Part shown: piece after piece, positions 37,183 through 44,485 of the stretch
Layout of the letters: each line of letters begins with the position of its first letter
Position numbering within the stretch: position 1 is the stretch's first letter
Source: Oscillospiraceae bacterium
GTDB taxonomy: Bacteria; Bacillota; Clostridia; Oscillospirales; Oscillospiraceae
NCBI GenBank assembly: GCA_045631305.1
Contig: JAZQUM010000022.1
Span: 1-60,350 of the forward strand
DNA: 60,350 bases
Direction: 5' to 3'
Notes under the pieces: generated by a model
What the model was told of the DNA's origin: nothing
Databases searched by the model: none
What the model saw: the letters and a program-made list of their open reading frames with translations, nothing else
Position numbers and translations under genes: made by a program

Positions 37183-38010
37183 TTACTGCTCCGCTTTCTG
37201 TTTGCGTTCACTGGCAGCACCAATGGCTACCAATGCAAGACCTACAGCAACCATCACGGGGATAGGCCACTGCAGAAGGCCAGTCTGAGGCAGTTCTGCC
37301 AGAGGAACTTCTTCTTCAAAGATTTCTTCCTCGAAACCACCTGCTCCACCCTGAGGAACATCACCGTCCGGGATTTCTTCTTCGGGAGGATCACCAGGGC
37401 TCAGGGGAGGCTCTTCATCGGGGACCTCTTCTTCAGGAGGATAATAAGGTCTGGCTTCTACTTTAGGCTGAGAAACCACATCCATCACCCAACCGTCACC
37501 GGTTGCATTGGTGTAAGGCAGCTGCAGCAGGAAAGGCACAATACCCTTATAGTTGATAGTTTCACCAGTTACCACCAGATAAACACCAACGGGCAGATTT
37601 TCAAACGTAGCTACGCCGCCATCATTGGTCATTGCAGTCCAAGTGGGAACAGTAACGCCTTCTTCCAGCTTGTCGATAGCTTCTTTCAGCACCTTGGCAT
37701 TATTAGTGTTAGCTTCAGCCGTCAAACCGTCGAGCTTAATACGGGTGCTTGCCAGTGCATCTACCAGCTCGAAAACCAGATTGCTGTTTTCAGTCTTGCC
37801 ACTGCCAACCTGATAGAGCGTTACATCCAAATTGGAAACCTTGATGGCGCTGTCTTTTTTCACCAGCGTCACGCTCACGCTTCCCTTGTCTGCCTCGGGA
37901 TCTACAGTCAGTTTGCCTGCAGCCATAGCAGTGCTGCTCATAGCCAGAATCAGCGTCAGTGCCAATACCAGCACTACTCCTACACGAAATTTGTTTTTCA
38001 TAAGCCTCAT
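37183..38010 (-). CDS. Base (minor) pilin with LPQTG sorting signal and acidic Pro/Glu-rich stalk
   Basis: Signal peptide ...AMSSTAMA/AG and one Ig-like SpaA/Cna-B-type domain (GGVATFENLPVGVYLVVTGET). Pilin-motif-like GWVMDVVSQPK. 52-aa stalk PYYPPEEEVPDEEPPLSPGDPPEEEIPDGD... LPQTG plus TM plus a basic tail. Confidence 0.75.
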   Translation of the reverse strand: MRLMKNKFRVGVVLVLALTLILAMSSTAMAAGKLTVDPEADKGSVSVTLVKKDSAIKVSNLDVTLYQVGSGKTENSNLVFELVDALASTRIKLDGLTAEANTNNAKVLKEAIDKLEEGVTVPTWTAMTNDGGVATFENLPVGVYLVVTGETINYKGIVPFLLQLPYTNATGDGWVMDVVSQPKVEARPYYPPEEEVPDEEPPLSPGDPPEEEIPDGDVPQGGAGGFEEEIFEEEVPLAELPQTGLLQWPIPVMVAVGLALVAIGAASERKQKAEQ

Positions 38011-38035
38011 TTCCTTTCTCTCGAAAATGGCTTTT

Positions 38036-38860
38036 TTACTTAGTTCTTTTCTTTCTGCCCTTCAGCGACAAAATCGTTACAAAGGCAATCAGCATGGGAA
38101 TCGCCACAATGGGTGTCACGATCAACGCATCTATCTGAATGGCATCTGCCGTTACACGGGCGGCAACTGCATCGATTGCGCTGTTATCCACTCTGTGACC
38201 GCGCACCAGCATGCGGTGGGTGTTGATGCCATATGGTGTGCAGGTGACGAGCGTACAGTAGTCTTCCCCTTCTACAATGGCCAAATCATCCATCTCCTGG
38301 GGCAACACAATCGTAATCTGGTCCACCTGATAGGTCAGCACATCGTTCAGCACCACAATGGTAAAGATATCGCCAACCTCCACCTGATCCAGGTCAGTAA
38401 ACAGTTTTGAGGAAGGCAAACCGCGATGCCCGGTAAGGACGGCGTGAGTACTCTCCCCACCTACAGGAAGAGACGAGCCCGGCATACAGCCGACACCCAC
38501 CTGCAAAACAGCTTCATCCGTGCCCAAGTACATAGGAAGCGTTACGCCAATGGAGCGAATTTCAATATAACCAATCGCTTTGTTATCGGCGCCCAGGTGG
38601 CGTTTATAAGCCTCCACTTCCTCCTCTGTAGGAGAAAAACGGGTATCGTTGGTCAATAGAGACACATTGTAAGCATTGGCTGCGTCCATTTCTTCTTTGT
38701 AAACATCCGGGTCAACCTGTGTCATGCTATCAATGTAATTTGCAATAGCACGGGACTGACTGCGGGAATTTACATAGTTTGCAATCGTAGGATAAAGCAG
38801 CACGGAGAGGCCCACGAGAAAAATGATTCCCAATATAATGGTGGATAAATGTTTTCTCAT
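38036..38860 (-). CDS. Class C (pilus-polymerising) sortase
   Basis: N- and C-terminal TM segments, ...AVLTGHRG...TLVTCTPYGINTHRMLVRGHR... GGGAGA lies 6 nt before the ATG at 38860. Confidence 0.85.
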   Translation of the reverse strand: MRKHLSTIILGIIFLVGLSVLLYPTIANYVNSRSQSRAIANYIDSMTQVDPDVYKEEMDAANAYNVSLLTNDTRFSPTEEEVEAYKRHLGADNKAIGYIEIRSIGVTLPMYLGTDEAVLQVGVGCMPGSSLPVGGESTHAVLTGHRGLPSSKLFTDLDQVEVGDIFTIVVLNDVLTYQVDQITIVLPQEMDDLAIVEGEDYCTLVTCTPYGINTHRMLVRGHRVDNSAIDAVAARVTADAIQIDALIVTPIVAIPMLIAFVTILSLKGRKKRTK

Positions 38861-38884
38861 AGATTTCTCCCTGATGCTCCATCG

Positions 38885-38912
38885 GGAGCCGGGGGCAAAA
38901 GCCCCCAGCTCC
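38885..38912 (-). promoter_or_regulatory. GC-rich intercistronic hairpin between backbone pilin and sortase C (no U-tract)
   Basis: GGAGCCGGGGGC-aaaa-GCCCCCAGCTCC, 12-bp stem with one mismatch. Confidence 0.4.
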
Positions 38913-38957
38913 ACGGAGTGAAATGTCTTAAAGCTGTGTTTTGCTATGTAGCGTTAA

Positions 38958-40349
38958 TTACTGTTCGTTAGCCATCTTCTTCTTGGTAACGAAGAGAACG
39001 AATGCAGCAACCATCATCACGCCACCAACGATGTAGAAGATGGTGGTGCCTACGCCACCGGTGCTGGGCAGCTGGAAACCGGTCAGGTTAACGATCTGAA
39101 CGCCACCAGCATAGGTGCCATCACCATTATCGGTAGCCACATTGTTACCAGTAAGAACAACTTCTTCACGGGCAGCCAGCAGATTGTAGCCTTCAGGAGC
39201 TGCGGTTTCTTCCAGATAGTAGGTGCCAGCGCCAAGACCTTCAATTACAACCTTGCCTGCAGCGATGGTAGCACCTTCGCCAGTCTGGGTAGCATCAGCT
39301 ACGCGATAAGTGTTGTTTCCCATATCAACCAGCTTGATTTCGTTGCCAGCAGTTGCAGCATCATACAGCTTGAAGCTTGCGCCATCAAGAACCACGCCGT
39401 CCTTGGTGATCTTGATCAGATCGAACTTGTAGGTTTCAACCTTAACGGTAGAAGGAGCGGAAGTCTGTGCGGAATAGGTCAGCCATGCGGTGTTGTCGTT
39501 GGTTGCGCCATAGATTTCAGCATCCTTGTCGAGTTCAGCAGAGTAAGTAATAACGATCTGTGCGCCATCATCATACTGAGAAGCATCAAGTACTACTTCG
39601 AAAGTGCATTCATCAGAGGGAGCAACGTATGCATAGGGAGCGCCATCAACCTTGATGCTATCGGTATTCAGGGTCAGGCCAGCTTCCATTACATCGTGAA
39701 CGGTGATGTTCTTGTCGGTACCAATGCCGTCAGTAACAACGATCTTGTATTCAACGGTATCGCCAATGGTGTAGTTCTTGTTAGCAACAGTGTCATCGCC
39801 AAAGGTCTTTACAAGGGAGGGAACAGCGTTCTTTTCGATTACACCTACTTCAGCGTCGCTGGTCTGCAGAGCGCACAGAGCACCAAGGCCGGAGTCGATG
39901 AAGTAGTAACCTGCATCAGTAACACTAAGAGTAACGGAAGTGGAGTCAGCAGTTGCAGTTGCCTGAGCGGTCTTGCCAGAAACCTTGTCTGCAAGATACA
40001 GAGCGAAAGCTGCAGCGTCCAGGGAGTTACCTTCTACAACGTAGAGATTAGCATTGGTAGCAGAGGGGGTCAGCTTCAGGCCGTTGCCTTCATAAACGCC
40101 GTTGGTAAGTTCGCTGTCGTTGATATATGCAACAACATCAGTCCACCATGCGGAACCCTTGGTAATGGTATAAGCATAGCCAGTGCCTTCTGCACCAAAG
40201 GTGCCGGTAGCCTTTACATCGAATACCTTATAGGCGTTATATTCTTCGCCTGCTACTGCGTTGGTAATATCAATAGTTGCAGCGGATGCATTAACGGCGA
40301 GGGCCAGCATCATAACGAGGGCCAGAGCCAGAGAGAACAGTTTCTTCAT
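38958..40349 (-). CDS. Backbone (major) pilin, LPSTG-anchored
   Basis: Signal peptide ...AVNASA/AT, N-terminal YNAYKVFDV, multiple Ig-like domains and E-box-like GTYYLEETAAPEGYNL. QLPSTGG plus TM plus KKK tail. Strong SD AGGAG and codon usage typical of highly expressed genes. Confidence 0.8.
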   Translation of the reverse strand: MKKLFSLALALVMMLALAVNASAATIDITNAVAGEEYNAYKVFDVKATGTFGAEGTGYAYTITKGSAWWTDVVAYINDSELTNGVYEGNGLKLTPSATNANLYVVEGNSLDAAAFALYLADKVSGKTAQATATADSTSVTLSVTDAGYYFIDSGLGALCALQTSDAEVGVIEKNAVPSLVKTFGDDTVANKNYTIGDTVEYKIVVTDGIGTDKNITVHDVMEAGLTLNTDSIKVDGAPYAYVAPSDECTFEVVLDASQYDDGAQIVITYSAELDKDAEIYGATNDNTAWLTYSAQTSAPSTVKVETYKFDLIKITKDGVVLDGASFKLYDAATAGNEIKLVDMGNNTYRVADATQTGEGATIAAGKVVIEGLGAGTYYLEETAAPEGYNLLAAREEVVLTGNNVATDNGDGTYAGGVQIVNLTGFQLPSTGGVGTTIFYIVGGVMMVAAFVLFVTKKKMANEQ

Positions 40350-40420
40350 AGTTGTATCTCCTTTAAATCATTTTAAGATTAATGTAATTAAAAGTTCATT
40401 TTTCGGAGGCAATCATGCTA

Positions 40421-43201
40421 TCAATCAGCAACAACACGTCTCCGTCTTCTCTCCTGTTCCATAAGAACAAGACTTGCGCCGATCATCAGCGCCGTACCGG
40501 TGGCCACATACACTCCAGTACCGATACCACCCGTATTGGGAAGCATCGCGCCGGTGGTGTTAGTGAAGTAAATAGTTACCGGAGCTGTTCCCACAGTTGC
40601 CTGTGCAGTTGCACCATGAATAGCTGCCGATCCATCAGACTCCAGCGTCCAACTGGGGGCATATCCATCATAGTCAGTTTCTGTCACAGTAACGGTTGTG
40701 CCAACGGGCAAACCGTTGATGGTCACGGTGGTTCCTGCAGGAATCTGCAGATCGGTTGCCACACCATTATCATCAAAAGTAATCGTCGTGGGCAGCTCTT
40801 CGTTGGTAGGTTCGTAAGTTAAATCGTAGGTGCCAGCCACTGCAGCATCGCTTGCAGTCTTTGCAGATACTTCAAAAGTAAAGGTGCCACTGTTTTTAAT
40901 CACACCGTCTACCTTGACGTTCTTGCTGATTGCCAGGCTCCCGTTATTTAGGAGTTCTACGTTTACTACCGCCTCAGTTCTGCTATCCTTCATCATGGCA
41001 CTGTAGAGATCGTTGTCCTGAACAAGTGCACCGGGCGCAGTAGTATAGCAAAGGGTGACAGTTGCGCCTTCGAGGGTAGGATCTGCCAAATAACCATTGG
41101 GCACAGTCTCTGTCAAAGTGTAAGTGCCACAAGGAAGACCAATGAAAGAAACTAAGCCGTTAGCATCACTTTCTTCGGTATATTCCTTGCCGGACACACC
41201 AGTCATCGTAAAGGATACACCCTCCATAGGATTACCGCTGCCGTCTACTTTGTTCAGGTAGTAGTTGTACAGCAGACCCTGAACCTGGGGAGAAACGGCT
41301 TCCAGCTGTCCCTCGCTGTTTTCGGTGGCGCTGCTTGAGCCTTTGCCTGCGCGCCCTTCCTTAACAACGATCTTCTTATAATTCAGGACCGTTTCACTAT
41401 TGGTCTCATAAATGCTATCGCTGGTATCTACGGTCTGCGGAGTGTTGTTATACGGATCTGTCTGATTAGGAGCACAACTTACAAATCCATCTGCCTCCAC
41501 ATCCAAAGAAACCTTATAAAGAACACGGTAGTTCGTCCAGAAGATATTGCCGTCCTTGGAATTCACTACTTCATCTTCGGTCGAACCGGCGGCAGCACTT
41601 AAATCCCAGGTGCCTACATTGTTTCTATCAACAGTAAAGGTACCGTCGCTAGTAACAACGCCTTCGAAATTGATATAGGGAACTCCCTGCGCCGTTACAT
41701 TGCTGCCAATGACATCTGTCACAGTCTCAAAAGAAATCTGCGTATCAACGAACAAGTCACCCAAATTCGAATTATTCTTTTCATAGATCTCGATGGTGAT
41801 TGTCCGGTTACCGGATTCAATCTGATTTTTCAGACTGATTCTGTTAACTGCAACAGTCTTTCCCAAAGAGGGAACATACATCAGGAAGGAACCGTTCTGA
41901 CAGTTCGGCGTCTCGCCATAGCAAGATCTGGGTTCCGTCTTATAGGCCGGGGAACCATCCGAAGGGTGAATGTTCAGAATCAAAGTATATTCATGAACAT
42001 TCTCCAGTTCAGGAGGAACATCATCCTCGTCGAAATACAATATGGTGGTCTTACCGGCAACACCTGCAGCGGTTATATCACCCTCATAGAAGTCATTCGA
42101 ATACTTATTGGAACTGGTCAGCACTGAAAAACCGGAACTGTACAGCAGATTTTCCCAACCTGTTTTAGCGCCTACTTCCAAATAAATATAGAACTCATTC
42201 TCCACATCCGTGGACATAACTTCCTTGCGAATTCGTACATTCCCGTCGTCGCTGTATCTATAAGCGAAGTTGGAATCATACTCACCGCTGACAATCTGCC
42301 AGGTGTTACCCTTGGGATCATCACTTAAATAATAGCTTGCCAGTTCTTCATCGTATCTGTTTATACCATAGAATGCCCCGAAAAGTCCAATGCCTTCAGG
42401 CAGCTCGTAGCAGCTATCCTCATGGATATGTTCTTCCAGGCCGCAGCTGAGAATTTCTTCGTAGCACTCTTCGGTGTGGGTGTGAGCAGGAACAGCTTCC
42501 TTTTCTTCCAGACCGCAGGTGTAAACATCCTGTTCTTCGTAGCAAGCGTCTTCGTGGGCATGGCCCGCAGTTACCGTCTTGCCACAAGTCAGGCCGATGC
42601 AGCTTTCCCCGTGGGAGTGAACGTCTGCTTCGTCCTTGCCACAGCTGAGCTTCTGTTCTTCGGTGTAGCAGCTGTCATCATGCTGATGAACAGGAGCTTC
42701 TTCCAAAGTGCAGGTCTGCTCACCAGACTCAGCATCGAAACAACTATCACCGTGGGCGTGACCTGCGGGAGTTTCGCAAGCCAGCTTCTTTTCCGTGGTG
42801 TAGCAAGCTTCGCTATGGGCGTGACCCTCAGTTTCTGCTTTACCACAGGTGTAACTGTAGCATTCTTCTTCGTGTGTGTGTGCTTCGCACTCTTCTTTCC
42901 CGCAGATGCAAACATTCTGCTTTTCAGAAACACATCCGACTTCTGCGTGGGAATGACCTTCCTCACCTTCGCTCGCTTCGGAGCCACAAGTGAACTGCAC
43001 TTCATAGCACATTTCGCTATGTTCGTGCGCATCCATCCCGCAGATTGTTTCATCCGCCATAGCAGAAGCGGGCTGCACCAGCAAATATGTAGTAGTCAAA
43101 GACACTATCAAAGCCAGTGCGGCGAATAAGGCGTATGCCTTACGGCGCTTGGACCGCGCTTTCATAAAAGCATTAGCCATCAGCCTTATGCTTTCATGCA
43201 T
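40421..43201 (-). CDS. Large LPNTG-anchored pilus tip/adhesin candidate
   Basis: Signal peptide MKARSKRRKAYALFAALALIVSL...PASAMA/DE and an N-terminal Cys/His repeat array. A ~340-aa central region has no recognisable motifs. Two C-terminal Cna-B/SpaA-like domains are present (GLVSFIGLPCGTYTLTETVPNGY; TVTINGLPVGTTVTVTETDYDGY). MLPNTGG plus TM plus RRRRR. The start is uncertain: ATG at 43201 is preferred, the ORF is open to 43285, and ATGs at 43180 and 43165 are also possible. Confidence 0.75.
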   Translation of the reverse strand: MHESIRLMANAFMKARSKRRKAYALFAALALIVSLTTTYLLVQPASAMADETICGMDAHEHSEMCYEVQFTCGSEASEGEEGHSHAEVGCVSEKQNVCICGKEECEAHTHEEECYSYTCGKAETEGHAHSEACYTTEKKLACETPAGHAHGDSCFDAESGEQTCTLEEAPVHQHDDSCYTEEQKLSCGKDEADVHSHGESCIGLTCGKTVTAGHAHEDACYEEQDVYTCGLEEKEAVPAHTHTEECYEEILSCGLEEHIHEDSCYELPEGIGLFGAFYGINRYDEELASYYLSDDPKGNTWQIVSGEYDSNFAYRYSDDGNVRIRKEVMSTDVENEFYIYLEVGAKTGWENLLYSSGFSVLTSSNKYSNDFYEGDITAAGVAGKTTILYFDEDDVPPELENVHEYTLILNIHPSDGSPAYKTEPRSCYGETPNCQNGSFLMYVPSLGKTVAVNRISLKNQIESGNRTITIEIYEKNNSNLGDLFVDTQISFETVTDVIGSNVTAQGVPYINFEGVVTSDGTFTVDRNNVGTWDLSAAAGSTEDEVVNSKDGNIFWTNYRVLYKVSLDVEADGFVSCAPNQTDPYNNTPQTVDTSDSIYETNSETVLNYKKIVVKEGRAGKGSSSATENSEGQLEAVSPQVQGLLYNYYLNKVDGSGNPMEGVSFTMTGVSGKEYTEESDANGLVSFIGLPCGTYTLTETVPNGYLADPTLEGATVTLCYTTAPGALVQDNDLYSAMMKDSRTEAVVNVELLNNGSLAISKNVKVDGVIKNSGTFTFEVSAKTASDAAVAGTYDLTYEPTNEELPTTITFDDNGVATDLQIPAGTTVTINGLPVGTTVTVTETDYDGYAPSWTLESDGSAAIHGATAQATVGTAPVTIYFTNTTGAMLPNTGGIGTGVYVATGTALMIGASLVLMEQERRRRRVVAD
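42407..43042 (-). repeat. Ten tandem protein-level Cys2-His2 repeats inside the tip gene
   Basis: Units share C-G-x(3-9)-H-x-H-x3-C-[YFIV], for example TCGKAETEGHAHSEACY, TCGKTVTAGHAHEDACY and SCGLEEHIHEDSCY. The nucleotide units are diverged. Confidence 0.8.
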
Positions 43202-43226
43202 ACGCCACACCTTCTCTCTTTGCCAT
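43194..43226 (-). other. Candidate 10-codon upstream ORF (MAKREGVAYA) overlapping the tip gene start
   Basis: AAAGGAGAG SD lies 7-9 nt before the ATG at 43226. Its TGA (43196-43194) lies 5 nt downstream of the tip ATG (43201) in the string ATGCATGA. Confidence 0.3.
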
Positions 43227-43380
43227 AATTTCACTCTCCTTTTAGAGATTGAAACCTTTGGCGGCCGGGCTGCCATAGCTTTCACCGTAGGCCCCGTAGC
43301 TTTGCGTCCTCCCCTTTCGAAGAGTTTGCCGTTATCAGTATTCCTTTCTTAAAAGATTTTTAACTAAATTTACGTTTACA

Positions 43381-43983
43381 TTACTTAAAATTGCCCATCT
43401 GATTCAGAGGCCAGATGCGGAACACTACCTGCCCCAACACCTGCTCTTTGCTGATGCAGCCCACCGCGGTGGTGCGGCTGTCCAGCGAGATGTCTCTATC
43501 GTCACCCATCATAAATACCTTGCCGTCCGGCACCTGATAAGGTAACTCGATATTGCATTCGCCCAAAGCTTTTTCAGCGAGATAAGGTTCATCTAACTCG
43601 ACACCGTTCACATAAACGTTACCGTATCGGTCGATATCCACCCAGTCACCGCTTTGTGCGATAACACGCTTGATCAGGATCTTATTGTTATAGTAGAAAG
43701 CAGCAATGTCGCCGGCTTCAAAATCATCGTTTTTTACAGCTATTACGAACTGTCCGTCTATCAAGGTCGGTTCCATGCTGGCACCGGTGATCTGCAGCAC
43801 GGGCATCCACAGCGTTGCAATGAGGATTGCCACAGCAGCCACCACAGCCAGGGAATACAGCGTGCCTCTCAGGGCCTTGCCGTAATTGCTTTGGAATTTC
43901 AGTCGGTTGATCTCGGCTTCCATTTCATCGAGAGTGGGATATTCCAGCGGTTCTTTCCGCTTGTCTTTCTGACTGTTAAGCAT
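43381..43983 (-). CDS. Signal peptidase I, second copy, encoded inside the pilus locus
   Basis: One TM and catalytic Ser box ITGASMEPTL. Lys box IKRVIAQSGD and GDDRDISLDSR are present. GGAGGGG SD; 8-nt overlap with the upstream ORF. Confidence 0.85.
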   Translation of the reverse strand: MLNSQKDKRKEPLEYPTLDEMEAEINRLKFQSNYGKALRGTLYSLAVVAAVAILIATLWMPVLQITGASMEPTLIDGQFVIAVKNDDFEAGDIAAFYYNNKILIKRVIAQSGDWVDIDRYGNVYVNGVELDEPYLAEKALGECNIELPYQVPDGKVFMMGDDRDISLDSRTTAVGCISKEQVLGQVVFRIWPLNQMGNFK

Positions 43984-44251
43984 CCGGCATCCCCTCCTCT
44001 TTGGAGACAGCCTTCACACTCAGGAGATATTCGTCAGCAGCTTTCTGCGCCGCTTCGAAAATACCGTTGAGTTTCAGTGCCGCTTCGGCGATTGAACCGG
44101 ATTCTGCAATCTGAATTTCTCGTTTAGCAAGAGCTTCTTCTTTTTTAGCAAGGTCTGCGCGGAGCTTTTGCAGTTCGCGTTCTTGCTGAGCCAGGAGTTC
44201 CAGCAGCTGAAGCTTACTTAAATTCCGCAAAGGATTTTTTTCTTTCCTCAT
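43976..44251 (-). CDS. Small coiled-coil protein, function unknown
   Basis: 91 aa, basic N-terminus, heptad-rich LLELLAQQERELQKLRADLAKKEEALAKREIQI, then ESGSIAEAALKLNGIFEAAQKAADEYL. GAGGAGGG lies 5 nt before the ATG at 44251. Confidence 0.55.
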   Translation of the reverse strand: MRKEKNPLRNLSKLQLLELLAQQERELQKLRADLAKKEEALAKREIQIAESGSIAEAALKLNGIFEAAQKAADEYLLSVKAVSKEEGMPDA

Positions 44252-44252
44252 C

Positions 44253-44447
44253 TCAGCCCTCCTCTTCCTTCGCATCGTCCTGCTGCGAAGAGGACTCTGT
44301 CAAAGCGCTGTCCATCAGGCGAATCATTTCCAGTGCGCTGCGGAAGCTTTCTTTCTTGTTCCGATTGAGCCAGTTGATACTTCCCTGCCAGGAGGCGTTC
44401 TGCTGATCCACGATTTCAGCTAAAAATGTCTGTTTTTCGTGTTTCAC
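44253..44447 (-). CDS. Small acidic-tailed protein, function unknown (first ORF of the pilus operon)
   Basis: 64 aa, no TM, GTG start with AAAGGAG 8 nt upstream. Its stop lies 1 nt before the next ATG. Confidence 0.45.
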   Translation of the reverse strand: MKHEKQTFLAEIVDQQNASWQGSINWLNRNKKESFRSALEMIRLMDSALTESSSQQDDAKEEEG

Positions 44448-44485
44448 TTCTACGTCTCCTTTCTCTAGCTTAACTTTACAATGTT

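Noticed and set aside
42407-43042. Possibility that the periodic signal in the tip gene is a DNA tandem repeat or CRISPR-like array
   Set aside because: The units are of unequal length (42-66 nt) and diverged at the nucleotide level. They are in frame inside one long ORF, and there are no spacer-repeat structure or cas genes. This is a protein-level repeat.
40421-43285. vWA, thioester or collagen-binding annotation for the tip protein, and the 43285 GTG start
   Set aside because: No MIDAS DxSxS, no [YF]C[IVLM]Q thioester motif and no collagen-like repeats were seen in the central 340 aa. The GTG at 43285 and the ATG at 43276 lack a usable SD and would add a long non-signal-peptide extension.
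43381-43983. Assumption that the pilus-linked signal peptidase is an inactive SipA-type chaperone
   Set aside because: The catalytic Ser (GASMEP) and Lys (KRVIA) contexts and the GDxRxxSxDSR box are all present, so inactivity cannot be inferred.
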